Notes: generated by a model not told the origin, from the sequence alone. DNA of 64,000 nt from a virus (IMGVR_UViG_3300012985_000010:1-64000), one strand, 5' to 3'; counted from the stretch's first letter, positions 29,383 through 40,331 are shown. Numbers and translations are program-made.

Positions 29383-32300
29383 TACTTAATCACCCTTTCT
29401 CTACCTAGTTTAACATCCCTCTTCCTCAAAGCCGCAGTGACACCGGCCTCAACGTCAACCTCGCTGTTTACAGGGCCGTAGAAGTTGACCTCGACCTTCT
29501 CGCCAGCGATGACATTGCCGTTTGCGCTCAACTGGTTAGCCAGAGCCTCAAACTTGCTGGTAATAGGTGATGTAAGGACGGCCTCGCCCTTGTGAAGGTT
29601 AGCCAGGGTGTTGTCGTAATTGATCTTTGCGCCACTAGCCAACTGCGGAATCTTCAACTGAGGAAGACGACCATAATCAACCTTGTCATAGCCATGACCA
29701 ATTCCCTCGACCCGGACCTGTGCGCCAGTGTGAGGAGCGTCAATCATCTGTCCGTTTCCGACGTACATTCCGACGTGATGGGCAACCTGCTCCCCCTTGT
29801 GGGTAAAGAATACTAGGTCGGCTGGGACGGCATCTGCACCGTCAATCGACTTAGAGTAGTTCTTCTGCGCGTCAGCAACACGAGGAATCGACAGTCCTGC
29901 CTGGCGGGCTGCGTACTGGATAAGTCCAGAACAGTCGAATCCGATCTTAGGATTCTCTCCACCCCAGACGTACGGTAGGCCCAACTGAGCGTATGCTGCC
30001 CTAAGCATTGCGTTTCGGGCCTCGGCGCTCTTCATTCCGCTAAGTACAGGTACGTTAGCGCCTGCGCCGCCGCCTGTTGATGCGTTTGCGCTTGCGGTCG
30101 CATCCTGCGCGGTGGCGATCTGAGACATTGCTGTATTTACAGCCATTCTTCCGATAGTAGGAAGAAGCATCCTAGACATTGCTGAACCAAGGATGCCGCC
30201 GTAATCCTGACCGACCATTCCACCCTTAGCGAACCTAGGGAACTTGCGCTTATTGACAGACTCCATGAACTCTGGACCGTAGTGGTTTACAGCCTCGGCA
30301 GTGTGTACAAACTCTCCATGAGACAGCCATGCTGGAATCTTGTCATCCTTTGGACCACCAGGGCCGCTTACAGAACCTCCATCAGCGAATCCAGCCAGAC
30401 CGGCTCCGATTGCCAACGTGGTGTCGCTCTGACCGTTTGCACGAGCAGCGAAGTATTCAGCGACGGACATCTTTGGAGAGGCACCGGCCATCAAGGCCTG
30501 GCCGCGAGCAGAGACCTTGATTCCCAGAGCGTCAGCAATGGTCTTAATGGTGAACTGGCGAGCAGCCTCGGCCAACTTAGGGTCCTTGCTTTCCTTGTTG
30601 ATCTTAGAACCAGTGCGCTTTCCTAGTCCGTCCCATGCGTCGGTCCACAGGGTAGCAGCGGTCTTTGCAGAGACGCCGAACTTAGGAGCGTACTTCTCAG
30701 CGACCTTCCAGGTAGCAGCAACGTCGCCCTTGGCCTCAGCAAACTCTGCCTTCATTGCCTTGACGATCTTTTCCTGGTTCTCCTTCCACTTTTCAGCAGC
30801 CTTGTTGGATGCCGTGGCAGCAGCCTCGGTTGCCTCAATCCTCTTGTCAGAAGCCTTTTGTGCAGACTCGACAGAAGCCTCGTCAGCAGCCTTCATCTTA
30901 GCCAATGCTGTTTCTGCTGCCTCGACCTTCTTGTCACGCTCGTTTTCAATTGCAGCGATCTTCTTGTCAGCAGCATTTCCAGCGGCAGCGTTCTTGTCCT
31001 CCAACTTGTTGTTCTGGTTGAAGGCGTCACGCTCGTTACGGATACGGGCTGCGGCGAACAGGTCTCCACCAGCGACGGCCTCATTGTAGTCTACATTGTA
31101 GTTCTTCAATGCGGTTAGTCGACGGATACGCTCCTGCTCTGCCTCGAATGCTGCCTTACGCTTGTCCTCGGTACGCTTGATTGCGTCGATTTCCTTGTCA
31201 GCATTCTTCTTGATCTTGTCGATGTTATCCTGGGCAGCCTTTTCCTTCTTGTCAAAGCCATCCTTTAGGGCCTTCATCTTGGCCTGCTCAGCCTCGCGCG
31301 TGTCCTTTACCATCGCAGCGTTAGCCTCACGGGTGTTCTCGACGTAGTTCTTAACGTAGTCGTCTACGGCTGAACTGAATGCACCGGCGAAGTCAGAAGT
31401 TGCCTTCTCGATTCCAGTGGTCATTTCTCCGACAGCGACACCAAATGCAGCACTAGAAGCGGCTGCGGCGTCAAGACCTCCTGCGTACATGGTCAAACCA
31501 CCACCGGCAGCCTGAGCGAGTCCGACGACCTTTGCTAGGTCAGGATTTAGTGCCACCGTTGAGGCAGTCATTGCGTCTGTTGAACCCTGAACAAGGTTCA
31601 GAGTATTGGCAAGAGATCGGCCAGGTGCTCCCATAGACTCTAGGGTCTTTAGCAGGTTGTCCCTACCGGCCTGGTCTAGAAGCATGAACTTGTCGACCAA
31701 GCCGTCTACACCCTGCTCGATTGGTACGCCGACGGATGCGAATAGAGACTGAATCTTAGGACCGTTAAGAGTGTCTGTAAGCATTGAATCTAGGACGCCC
31801 TCGCCGTTCGTCTGTGCGACTAGGTCAGCCTTGATTGTTTCGTACATCTGCTGTAGGTTCTCGGTCAACTTACCGTTTTCAGGTGTGATCAGACCGGCCT
31901 GGATACCGTCAGAAATGATGGTACCAAGTTCTGTACCGTACGCGCTAGCAGCCTCCTTGCCAGCCTTGAACTCGTCGGTAAGGAACATCCTTTCGCCGTC
32001 GTGAGGAATCTCAATTCCATTAGCGTCGTAGTAAGCCGAGACCTGATGAGAAAGGTCAACGTCAGGGCTAGCCTTAGAGGCATTAGCCTTTGCAGCGTTG
32101 AACATTTCCTCCTTATCCTTGCCCTTCGCCCATCCTGAAAGTTCAGCGACGACCTTTACGGTAAGCGTTGTCTTGTCTAGGGCCTGGCCGAGAGCGTTTA
32201 GGAACTGGTCGGCCTGCTGAGGTGAAACGCCCTTGATGATAAGGCCGCTGTAGATTTCCTTCAGCCTTCTGGCTAGGTCTTCGTCGTCCAACTTCTTTAG

Positions 32301-35300
32301 ACCGTCAATCATGTCAGCGTTGTTGCTCTTTACCTGATCGACCATTGTCTTAGAGGCAGCAGCGGCACCGGTTGCGTTTACGGTGTAGCCGTTCCACGCA
32401 TCAGCAGCGGGCTTCAACTTGAAGATATCGGCATTGTCAGCCGCGACGTTTGTAAACGTCTTCTTCATGTTGTCAGCAGCGTCCTTTGCGTCCTGAACGT
32501 ACTTCTCCCACTTCTTCTTGTTGTTAGCGATCAGGATTCCGATACCGGCTGCGGCAATACCGATTGCTAGACCCCAAGGTCCGAACATAGCACCGGCAAG
32601 AGCCTTTCCAGCCATAGCCATTCTTCCAGCACCAGCAGTAACCCTGCTGCTCAGCCTTCCGATAGCACCGTCACCCATGTTGCCCATCTGGTTAGAGAAG
32701 TTCTGGCTGAACTTGGTGATTAGACCTCCCTCGCCTCCGAGGTTGGTCATCTGCTCTAGCATTGGAAGCATTGACATTGCGGTTCCGCCGATCATTGCGA
32801 ACTTACCGAATGCGCTGTCCATGTTTCCTAGGAACAGTGTAGACATTGATAGGAGCAGACCGAATCCACCGGCGACGTTTGCTACGTTACCGGCAATGTT
32901 CTTGGTGTGTACGACAGTCTCCTCGGCGTTGTCCGCTACCTCACGGGTCGCCCTGGCAGTTCCCTCAGCACTTTCCTGAGCAGAGTTATTGAATGCCTGA
33001 CCCCAGTTCGATGCAGGAGCGTTATTCTTTGCAGCGCGCTCCTTCTTCTTTTCAACCTTCTCCCACTCGGCGTACTCGGCCTGGTAACGCTCACGAGCAG
33101 CCTGGTTTCCAGCGACAGCCTCGGCGTCAACCGTATCGCCCATTACTGGGTGTACCTTGTTACGCTTAGCCCTTGCAGCAGCAGCACCACCCTCGCCTGG
33201 GTTTAGACCGGCTGCCTCCATGTTGTTAACATTAAAGTCTACAAGTTCACCCTCGGCGTTCTCCATTGCCAAAGCAAGTTCCAGGCCAGTCTGGTCTAGA
33301 AGCCTAAAGACCCTGACGCTCTCTCCGGCAGCGTCCTTCATCGTGGTCATCTGGTACGAAACTGCGTCACCGGCAAGAGCCATGCTGGCAGACATTTGAG
33401 GAATGGTGCGTGCAGTCTTTGTCTCAGGCGCAGGAAGCGGTACTAGTGGCTTAGGGTTCGGCGCTGGACGCTCAGAGGATAGGGGGGTGTCGAACGTGAA
33501 CTCGTCTGGGTTTAGACCCTCACGAGCGACAGACTTACGAGCGTACTCCCTCCACGAGTCACCTACTCCGACGACCTGCTGCTTAAACTCTTCATCGACA
33601 CCATTGCCGAGACGAGTAAGCATCTGTCCCATTTCCTCGGCGCTCTTGCTCGTTGCTGCCGCGATGTGGAACTTAAGGCTGTTCATCAGTTCAGGGTTTC
33701 TAGTTGCCTCGGCCCAAAGAGCGGCACCGCCCTCGTTGTAAAGCCTGAACATACCCTCCTGCTGTCCAGCAATGAACGTTGGGTCGAACTCTCCTGGCAT
33801 TACGGATGGGTTTCCACCGGACTTGCCTCGTGCGGCACGTCCCTGGTTTCCGGTCACGCTCTCCATGAATCCGTAGAATGGGTTGAAACTCTTTCCACCG
33901 TACTTCGCACCGTGTACAGGGTCCTCAGATGAAATGAAGTGGCTGTACTCTGTACCGGGACGGTTCGGGTTCTGCAGCATTGTTGCGGTTTCCCTCAGGG
34001 CTGCAGCAAATACTGGGTCGGCATCCTGAAGGTTTGCAGCGACACGGTTTAGTGTGGACGAGATAGACTTCATCTTGTCTACGCTTGCCTGGAATAGAGG
34101 GGTGGAGTCTCCGATGGTTGGGTTCTGAATGGTAGCACCAACGAATGGACGACCAGAGAAGGATTCTCCAAGCATCTGTGCGGCCATTGCCATAAGCATG
34201 TGGTTAGACTTTACAGAACCTCCACCCTTACCACCAGAGGTTGCTGCTGGTAGACCGGAGCCTGTAATCAAGAATGGGTTCTGTGATCCGTACGAGACCG
34301 GCGATGAAACTACGCCAGCAGCACGACGATGCTCGCCGCCTAGGTTAAGCGCAGCGACAGAGGCTCTCATAGCATCCGTTGCCGTCTTAATTGCAGCCGC
34401 GTGGTCGAATACAGCCTGGGTGTCCTTGTCTAGGGACGCCATGTGTGCGATTGTCTGTGGGTCTAGAGGCTGCTCGAACTCTGGACGTGGACGACCCATC
34501 ATGCGTGCGCCAAAGCCTCCAAGAAGGTTCCAGCCCTTCTTGATCTGACCGACGAAGTTAGCCATGATACCCAGGGTCATAACAGCAGGTCCTAGAATTG
34601 CTCCAAGGGCCGTCACGACCTCAACAATTGTCTTGACCGAGTCAGGTAGGGCGTTGAACATCTTTAGAATCTTGTCGATGAATCCCATGATTGGCAGGGC
34701 GATCTGTACGAAGTCCTGACCAACAGAGATCATATCGTTCTTGATTGAGTTAATGGCACGCTGCCACCTATTGCTTAGGGATTCGGTCTTCTGCTTCATT
34801 TCCTTGTCGGCAATGACGCCCAACTGACCGGCAGACATACCCATCAACTTCATAATCTCTAGGGTCTGTGAACCCTCCGCGCCAATGTTCTCGAACAGGG
34901 CGCTCATACGAGCAAACTGGTACTTACCGAACAAGGCTGCGATGGACTGAGAACGAGCCAGTCCGTCTAGTCCTGACAGTTCCTTTTGCAGGGCTAGAAT
35001 GGTTGGGGTCAACTGGCCCTTGTTTGTCTCTACGATAGACTCGATGTCAATGCCGTATCCAGCAAGAATCTTCTTTGCCTTCGTAGAAGGATTGATGATG
35101 GAAGCCAGACCAGCCTTTAGAGCATTAGCACCTTCTGCTGCTGAGATACCACCTTCACGCATAGCGGTCATGTATAGGGCTAGGTCTTGTACGTCTCCAC
35201 CCAGAGCCTCGACAACAGTACCGGCGCGAGGGATTGCCTCGGTCATGTCACTCATGCTTAGGCTGGTTGCGTTTTCAGCAGCGTTCAGGAAGTTAATACT

Positions 35301-36224
35301 GTTTGCTAGTTCCTCGTTGTTCTGCTTGAATGCTGTCTGTAGGGAAAGGGTGGTCTTCATAGCGTCCTGGCGCTCAATGTCACCAAGTACCATCAGACGG
35401 TTAGTTGAAGTGATGGTCTTTAGAAGATCGGAGCCCTCCTTACCCGTAGCAGCAATGTCTGCTGAAAGGTCTAGTAGGTCGTTCAGTGACGTACCAGTCG
35501 ATTCAGAAAGTCCCTGGGTCAGGTCCATGACCTGAGCCTTGATCTGCTTAATTCCCTCGGTTGTGGTACCGGTGACGCCGGAACCGTAAACCTTAGCCAG
35601 GTTGGTCAGGCGCTTGTCAGCGTCAAGGAATACCTTGGCTGCTGTGGCACCGAAGATTACTACAGGAAGGGTAAGACCAACGGTCAACTGACGACCGGCC
35701 CACTGGGTATTCTTACCCCAGTTAATCAGGCTCTCGTTGGACTTCTTTAGCAGGGTGTTCATGACAGCCTGCTCCTGGTTGAACAACTTCGCAGCGTCGG
35801 TCGTCTTGTTTATTCCGTTTGGAGTAGCGACGAGCATTTCACCGCCACCTCTATTGAAGGTGACGGAGTTCATCATACGCTGCTGGTATTCAGCGAGTTG
35901 CCTTACTTCACCGGCAACTCCACGGCGGTACTCTCTAATGGCACGTCGGTATTCGCCCAGGCTCAACTGGTTCTTTGCGAGCCTCTTTCCGAATTCATCA
36001 ACCTGCTTGCCAACATTGACCAGTCCGACATCGAACTGGCCGCTGCCCTTCATAATGCTGGTCCACTTTGAAGATGCCGAGTTCAGGGCAGCCTGCTGAG
36101 CAGTAATACCCTGAATCAACTTAAGATGGGCAGCCATCTTAGCGTTCAATGTATCAATCTGGGCGTTCAGAGAACCCATATTGGTTAGTACATTGAACCG
36201 GACATCAATCATCGTGTCAGTCAT
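29382..36224 (-). CDS. Tape measure protein with C-terminal NlpC/P60 peptidoglycan hydrolase
   Basis: 2280 aa, Ala-rich helical; TMP core 'WGKNTQWAGRQLTVG'; 'GLPYVWGG...FDCSGL...HVGMYVG...APHTG'. Confidence 0.93.
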   Translation of the reverse strand: MTDTMIDVRFNVLTNMGSLNAQIDTLNAKMAAHLKLIQGITAQQAALNSASSKWTSIMKGSGQFDVGLVNVGKQVDEFGKRLAKNQLSLGEYRRAIREYRRGVAGEVRQLAEYQQRMMNSVTFNRGGGEMLVATPNGINKTTDAAKLFNQEQAVMNTLLKKSNESLINWGKNTQWAGRQLTVGLTLPVVIFGATAAKVFLDADKRLTNLAKVYGSGVTGTTTEGIKQIKAQVMDLTQGLSESTGTSLNDLLDLSADIAATGKEGSDLLKTITSTNRLMVLGDIERQDAMKTTLSLQTAFKQNNEELANSINFLNAAENATSLSMSDMTEAIPRAGTVVEALGGDVQDLALYMTAMREGGISAAEGANALKAGLASIINPSTKAKKILAGYGIDIESIVETNKGQLTPTILALQKELSGLDGLARSQSIAALFGKYQFARMSALFENIGAEGSQTLEIMKLMGMSAGQLGVIADKEMKQKTESLSNRWQRAINSIKNDMISVGQDFVQIALPIMGFIDKILKMFNALPDSVKTIVEVVTALGAILGPAVMTLGIMANFVGQIKKGWNLLGGFGARMMGRPRPEFEQPLDPQTIAHMASLDKDTQAVFDHAAAIKTATDAMRASVAALNLGGEHRRAAGVVSSPVSYGSQNPFLITGSGLPAATSGGKGGGSVKSNHMLMAMAAQMLGESFSGRPFVGATIQNPTIGDSTPLFQASVDKMKSISSTLNRVAANLQDADPVFAAALRETATMLQNPNRPGTEYSHFISSEDPVHGAKYGGKSFNPFYGFMESVTGNQGRAARGKSGGNPSVMPGEFDPTFIAGQQEGMFRLYNEGGAALWAEATRNPELMNSLKFHIAAATSKSAEEMGQMLTRLGNGVDEEFKQQVVGVGDSWREYARKSVAREGLNPDEFTFDTPLSSERPAPNPKPLVPLPAPETKTARTIPQMSASMALAGDAVSYQMTTMKDAAGESVRVFRLLDQTGLELALAMENAEGELVDFNVNNMEAAGLNPGEGGAAAARAKRNKVHPVMGDTVDAEAVAGNQAARERYQAEYAEWEKVEKKKERAAKNNAPASNWGQAFNNSAQESAEGTARATREVADNAEETVVHTKNIAGNVANVAGGFGLLLSMSTLFLGNMDSAFGKFAMIGGTAMSMLPMLEQMTNLGGEGGLITKFSQNFSNQMGNMGDGAIGRLSSRVTAGAGRMAMAGKALAGAMFGPWGLAIGIAAAGIGILIANNKKKWEKYVQDAKDAADNMKKTFTNVAADNADIFKLKPAADAWNGYTVNATGAAAASKTMVDQVKSNNADMIDGLKKLDDEDLARRLKEIYSGLIIKGVSPQQADQFLNALGQALDKTTLTVKVVAELSGWAKGKDKEEMFNAAKANASKASPDVDLSHQVSAYYDANGIEIPHDGERMFLTDEFKAGKEAASAYGTELGTIISDGIQAGLITPENGKLTENLQQMYETIKADLVAQTNGEGVLDSMLTDTLNGPKIQSLFASVGVPIEQGVDGLVDKFMLLDQAGRDNLLKTLESMGAPGRSLANTLNLVQGSTDAMTASTVALNPDLAKVVGLAQAAGGGLTMYAGGLDAAAASSAAFGVAVGEMTTGIEKATSDFAGAFSSAVDDYVKNYVENTREANAAMVKDTREAEQAKMKALKDGFDKKEKAAQDNIDKIKKNADKEIDAIKRTEDKRKAAFEAEQERIRRLTALKNYNVDYNEAVAGGDLFAAARIRNERDAFNQNNKLEDKNAAAGNAADKKIAAIENERDKKVEAAETALAKMKAADEASVESAQKASDKRIEATEAAATASNKAAEKWKENQEKIVKAMKAEFAEAKGDVAATWKVAEKYAPKFGVSAKTAATLWTDAWDGLGKRTGSKINKESKDPKLAEAARQFTIKTIADALGIKVSARGQALMAGASPKMSVAEYFAARANGQSDTTLAIGAGLAGFADGGSVSGPGGPKDDKIPAWLSHGEFVHTAEAVNHYGPEFMESVNKRKFPRFAKGGMVGQDYGGILGSAMSRMLLPTIGRMAVNTAMSQIATAQDATASANASTGGGAGANVPVLSGMKSAEARNAMLRAAYAQLGLPYVWGGENPKIGFDCSGLIQYAARQAGLSIPRVADAQKNYSKSIDGADAVPADLVFFTHKGEQVAHHVGMYVGNGQMIDAPHTGAQVRVEGIGHGYDKVDYGRLPQLKIPQLASGAKINYDNTLANLHKGEAVLTSPITSKFEALANQLSANGNVIAGEKVEVNFYGPVNSEVDVEAGVTAALRKRDVKLGRERVIK

Positions 36225-36879
36225 TAGTCAGTATCCACCATGTAGGCCTGCCCCATTTGCATTGCGTCGATAATCTCGTCTCCGATGTTATCTACGTCAA
36301 TGTCTAGGCCGAGCAGTTCCTTATCCGCGCGTAGTTTCGCACGGTCCTTGGCGCGGTCAAAGTCCGACTTACCGCCTTCATCAGGGTCTCCACCAGCAAG
36401 ACGGACCTGGAACATCTTGTCCTCCAGGTCCTTCTCTCGCATAGCGTTAAGTGTCTCTAGTAGTTCAGGCATAGACAAATTCTCCTCTAGATCGGCGTAA
36501 TTTCGCCAATGCCCTAGAAGAAACACCTCCCTTTCGTATTTGGCTAAGTCGACTTCCGACCAACTTAGCCCACTGTCGGATTTGGGGAGTTTACACTCAC
36601 CCCGCCCGCAACTTCCATGATTCTATTCATTGTTGGGAGGTCTAGCAAATCTGCTAGAACATCCACGTTGTCAGCGCCACTAACCTTGCCCTCTAGAATG
36701 ATTGAGCAAGCCTCAAGCATGGCATCCAACTGCCCGTCCTGGTCATCAGGCTTTACGTCTGAAATCTTGCCGACGACCTCCATGAACTTACGCAGCCTCT
36801 TAATGTTGAGTGGACGGATCTCTACTACCTGACCGTCCTGCAATTCGAATTCTACAATGTCATAAACTGATGTAGCCAA
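36224..36879 (-). CDS. Tail assembly chaperones: G (36565-36879) and G-T fusion via -1 frameshift into the 36224-36526 frame
   Basis: Two ORFs between major tail and TMP; C CCA AAT slippery heptamer at 36580-36586; -1 frame open through to MFLLGHW. Confidence 0.82.
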
Positions 36880-36905
36880 AACAACCTCCTATGGTTATCT
36901 TGACA

Positions 36906-36967
36906 ATTGTACCGTTAGGGTGGTATAAAAGCAAACCCCGGTGCCCATGAGGACACCGGGGATGCTT
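36906..36967 (-). promoter_or_regulatory. Terminator hairpin whose U-tract contains the -35 of a TTGCTT-N17-TACAAT promoter
   Basis: CCCCGGTG..CACCGGGG stem followed by TTTGCTTTT; -35 at 36929-36934, -10 at 36906-36911. Confidence 0.7.
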
Positions 36968-36976
36968 AAGCCTGAT

Positions 36977-37684
36977 TTAGGCAACGTCAACGACGCGACC
37001 GTACTGCTGGGTAGATGCTCCGAGGTCAGGAAGAAGACGGAAAGATACAGGGAATACTGTAGCCTCCGTACGCTTTAGACCCTGGGTTGAAGACTCAACA
37101 GAAATGGCACGGCTTGCAAGGTAGGCACGCTGGTTGGCGGTACCAGAGGTACCGCTTGGCTTGCCTCCTACGAAGAATAGGACGCGCTCCTGAGGAGAGT
37201 CACCTAGGGTTCCTGGGTTCATGATCAGACCAGCCTGAGTGGCAGAACCGTCATAGTTGGTAGGGGTGTAGTTTGATGCAGCAAGGTCCCAGACATATAG
37301 CAGGTTGTCTAGAGTTGGCTCAGCAAAAGTGGTCTTGACCGTAACGGTCATCTTCTGCTTGAACAACTTTGCAGCGTCAAGAATCTGGTCTACCTCTACC
37401 TCACCGTACTCTGGCGAGTAGGTTACCTCAACACCTTCCTGGGTTAGACCGGCGTCACGGAACTTTAGGGTTCCACCTGAAACGTTGACGGTGGTACCAC
37501 CACCGGCAGTACCAGCAAGACCTGCAATCCAACCACGGTAGTCCTTAGGAGAACCGGAAGCGGAAGCCTTAATGTTGTTCCAGATTGAGTCAGTGTAACC
37601 AGTTGTAGGAGCAGCACCTGTTGCAATTGATCCAATTGCTAGGGACGCAGCACCGACAATGATGTTACTTGAAGTTGTACTCAT
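36977..37684 (-). CDS. Major tail protein
   Basis: 'NIIVGAA', 'G.TQEGVEVTY.P..GEVEVDQ..D', 'FPVSFRLLPD'; GGAGGTG RBS. Confidence 0.85.
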   Translation of the reverse strand: MSTTSSNIIVGAASLAIGSIATGAAPTTGYTDSIWNNIKASASGSPKDYRGWIAGLAGTAGGGTTVNVSGGTLKFRDAGLTQEGVEVTYSPEYGEVEVDQILDAAKLFKQKMTVTVKTTFAEPTLDNLLYVWDLAASNYTPTNYDGSATQAGLIMNPGTLGDSPQERVLFFVGGKPSGTSGTANQRAYLASRAISVESSTQGLKRTEATVFPVSFRLLPDLGASTQQYGRVVDVA

Positions 37685-37743
37685 ATTTGATTTTCACCTC
37701 CCTGTAGTGAGAGTTCGTGAAAACTTACCTTCGTCATGGCTTT

Positions 37744-37772
37744 ATAGTAGCCGAAAACGACTTATGAAGCAA
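37744..37772 (-). promoter_or_regulatory. Promoter for the major tail gene
   Basis: TTGCTT-N17-TACTAT. Confidence 0.6.
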
Positions 37773-38253
37773 CTCTTTTGTACGAGTAACTGATTACGAC
37801 AGGGGAGACCTGGCGTCCAGCCTCTTCAATTGCCGGGGCGGAAATGACGGCCTCGCTAATTGAGAAGTTGAAGAATAGGAAGTGCCCGTTATTGGTGGTT
37901 GCGAACTTGTTTACCTGATCTGCGGACACATCTGCCTTACCGAACTTGTCCTTTAGGAGTTCAAGGATTTCCAGGGTCTTTGACATGCTCCCAGTTACGA
38001 TAGCCAGGGTAACCTCGTCCCTTAGCATCCAGTATTCTACCGGGTCCGTTGAGGTCACTAGGTCGTATACGATATGCGGCTTGTCCGAGAGTTCATCCGA
38101 GAACTCGGGTAGGTCCTGAATTGGCAGGATTGGACTGATCGGATCAGAGAACCCGTTTAGGTAGTAGTCCTGGTCGTTAAAGACCTCTGTCTCGAATAGA
38201 ACGTCTGACAGGTAGTTTCTGAACGTGTAAACGGCTGACTTCTTGTAATCCAT
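37762..38253 (-). CDS. Probable tail terminator
   Basis: Directly upstream of the major tail gene; 163 aa. Confidence 0.6.
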   Translation of the reverse strand: MDYKKSAVYTFRNYLSDVLFETEVFNDQDYYLNGFSDPISPILPIQDLPEFSDELSDKPHIVYDLVTSTDPVEYWMLRDEVTLAIVTGSMSKTLEILELLKDKFGKADVSADQVNKFATTNNGHFLFFNFSISEAVISAPAIEEAGRQVSPVVISYSYKRVAS

Positions 38254-38996
38254 TATGGGTTCACCTCGGCAGCAATAGCCTTACCAACCGCACGGGCCTG
38301 AGCGAAGTTAGGTACACCGATTGTGATCTTTCCACTACGGCCCATTCTTGCAGCAGCCCTCTGTCCAACGTTTGTAAGGTATGTTGTGGTAATGTCCGAC
38401 ACCTTCTTACTTCCGTATGACTTGAAATAGTCCTTTGTTGCACGACGCATTGAGCCATGTACTAGCGGGCCTCCCGCGCGTGCGACGTTGACCTGCTTAC
38501 GGGTAAACCTTAGACCGGACTTCTTCGTCGGGTCGTCAATAGCCATGAAACCCTTACCCCGTGGGCGGATTCTCACTGGTAGGCCGTACTCCATTGTCAT
38601 TGCCTTATTGATGAAGATGTAACGCTTCTTGACGACAAGGCCTGATGGACCGGGTGTCTGCTGGGCCTCGGTCAATGGGACTCGTGACTTGGACGGCCTG
38701 AATCCAATCTGGAAAGCAATCTGCGTCTTAGCAGTACCGGACTTCATCTGGTTAAGGTCGAACAGACGCTTGGCGCTCTGGCCGATTCCATTGGTCTCAT
38801 ATAGGTGATGGAAGGCCTTTGGGTTAGCAGCAGCCTGAGCGTTAACGTATGAAAGAAATGAACGGTTCAACTGCCTGTGCGTCTCAGCACGGAGTCTCTC
38901 CATGTTCTTCACGTCCTCTGTCGCGTACTGTAGGGCGTACTTCACAGCAGCCGGTACCTCCACGAACTTATTGAACTCACTATGCACTCCACCCAT
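38253..38996 (-). CDS. Neck / tail-completion protein
   Basis: 'FHHLYE...G....RLF', 'FINKA..ME.G'; head-tail module. Confidence 0.6.
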   Translation of the reverse strand: MGGVHSEFNKFVEVPAAVKYALQYATEDVKNMERLRAETHRQLNRSFLSYVNAQAAANPKAFHHLYETNGIGQSAKRLFDLNQMKSGTAKTQIAFQIGFRPSKSRVPLTEAQQTPGPSGLVVKKRYIFINKAMTMEYGLPVRIRPRGKGFMAIDDPTKKSGLRFTRKQVNVARAGGPLVHGSMRRATKDYFKSYGSKKVSDITTTYLTNVGQRAAARMGRSGKITIGVPNFAQARAVGKAIAAEVNP

Positions 38997-39414
38997 CAAG
39001 GGACTGCACCTCGGCTCGGTCAAGGAATACGTCGTACTCGATCTGTGTACCGAAAGGCTCGACTACCGGCGTCACACCGATTACATCGAAAATGGTAGGG
39101 TCCTCAGACGCACCCTCTTCGAGCCAGATGATTTCACCGTCGGAGCCACGCACGTTTGTCACACGCATGGTGTCGTCAATCTTGTACATGGTCTTGATAC
39201 GCAGGTAGTCTTCCTTGCGGTAAATGTCGCGCCACTTGTCGGTGGTTCCGAAGTCCTTACCGCGCAGGTTTCCTAGGCCACGGGCCATTACGTCAATCGT
39301 CTCTACGAGCATCCAGACGCGCTCGATAGAGCCCGTCTCAGGGTCCTGACGCTTTTCCTGCTTAAAGACATCGGCCTTCATGTTGTACATTGAGCCAACA
39401 ATGCACCCGAACAT
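38980..39414 (-). CDS. Head-to-tail stopper
   Basis: TAATG-coupled to the adaptor; SPP1 gp16-like size and position. Confidence 0.65.
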   Translation of the reverse strand: MFGCIVGSMYNMKADVFKQEKRQDPETGSIERVWMLVETIDVMARGLGNLRGKDFGTTDKWRDIYRKEDYLRIKTMYKIDDTMRVTNVRGSDGEIIWLEEGASEDPTIFDVIGVTPVVEPFGTQIEYDVFLDRAEVQSLDGWSA

Positions 39415-40304
39415 TAAACAACAGCCCAATTGACAGCGATGAATGGCTGCAGGATGCTGTCGGCGCTGGAATTGCCAGTGCCATTGAATGCTCCGTCGTT
39501 GAAGACGATCCTCCAGTCAGATGCCGAGATTGACTCGACAAACCTATTCCTCCAGTTGGACTCCTTGCAGAAGAAGTCGTTTACCAAAAGCATTGCTGCC
39601 TGGTTAACTGCGTCTGGAATATAGTCCCATCCGTAGACTCCAGTTACGTCGTAACGAGTGCCGGATGCGAACTTGCCTGCTGACCAGTGGATAGGGTCGT
39701 AGGTGAGGTACTGCTCGGAAGCAATTATCAAAGCCTTGCTTGTAGGCGAGATATTTACTGCCGCGCCAAAGTCATTTACATTAACGTCGGTGGCGTCGTA
39801 CACCACAACATCATTTACGTTGATCCTGTCCACACGAACGACCCTCTGGGTCAGCGTGAGGATATTGTCACCCTGGCCCCTCGCAAATACAGTGTCGTTG
39901 TATGGGTAGAAGTGCTGCCCGCAGAAGGAATCAATCTGGTGGCGTGCGTACGCCTCGGCAGCCTTTAGCATGTCATACTCAGTTTCGGTTGGCGCAAGGG
40001 ATGTCAGTTCAGATACCGATAGGTACGGCTGGACGACAGTCATGCGCTCGTTCCTGACGACAGTCTCTCCTGCTAGGTCGTACTCCCACGTCAATACTAG
40101 GTCTGTTGAGACATCAGTAATGGACGGTCCAATAATGGCTGAGTACACACCTTCGGAGTCCTGCAAGACGTCAGGTGATGCAACAAAATCACCGGCGCGG
40201 GTCTTAACCGTCAGCGTCGGATCGCTAGAGGCGTCAGTCAGTACGCCCGAGACGTAAAGTCTCAGCGTGACTGATTCCACTTCGTTCTTATAGATAATCG
40301 ACAT
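39414..40304 (-). CDS. Head-to-tail adaptor
   Basis: 'ID.FCGQ.F', 'G.YGW..IP..V.QA...L', 'TGN..AD.IL' motifs. Confidence 0.75.
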   Translation of the reverse strand: MSIIYKNEVESVTLRLYVSGVLTDASSDPTLTVKTRAGDFVASPDVLQDSEGVYSAIIGPSITDVSTDLVLTWEYDLAGETVVRNERMTVVQPYLSVSELTSLAPTETEYDMLKAAEAYARHQIDSFCGQHFYPYNDTVFARGQGDNILTLTQRVVRVDRINVNDVVVYDATDVNVNDFGAAVNISPTSKALIIASEQYLTYDPIHWSAGKFASGTRYDVTGVYGWDYIPDAVNQAAMLLVNDFFCKESNWRNRFVESISASDWRIVFNDGAFNGTGNSSADSILQPFIAVNWAVV

Positions 40305-40331
40305 AACACCACCCATATTCAATCTTCCATA

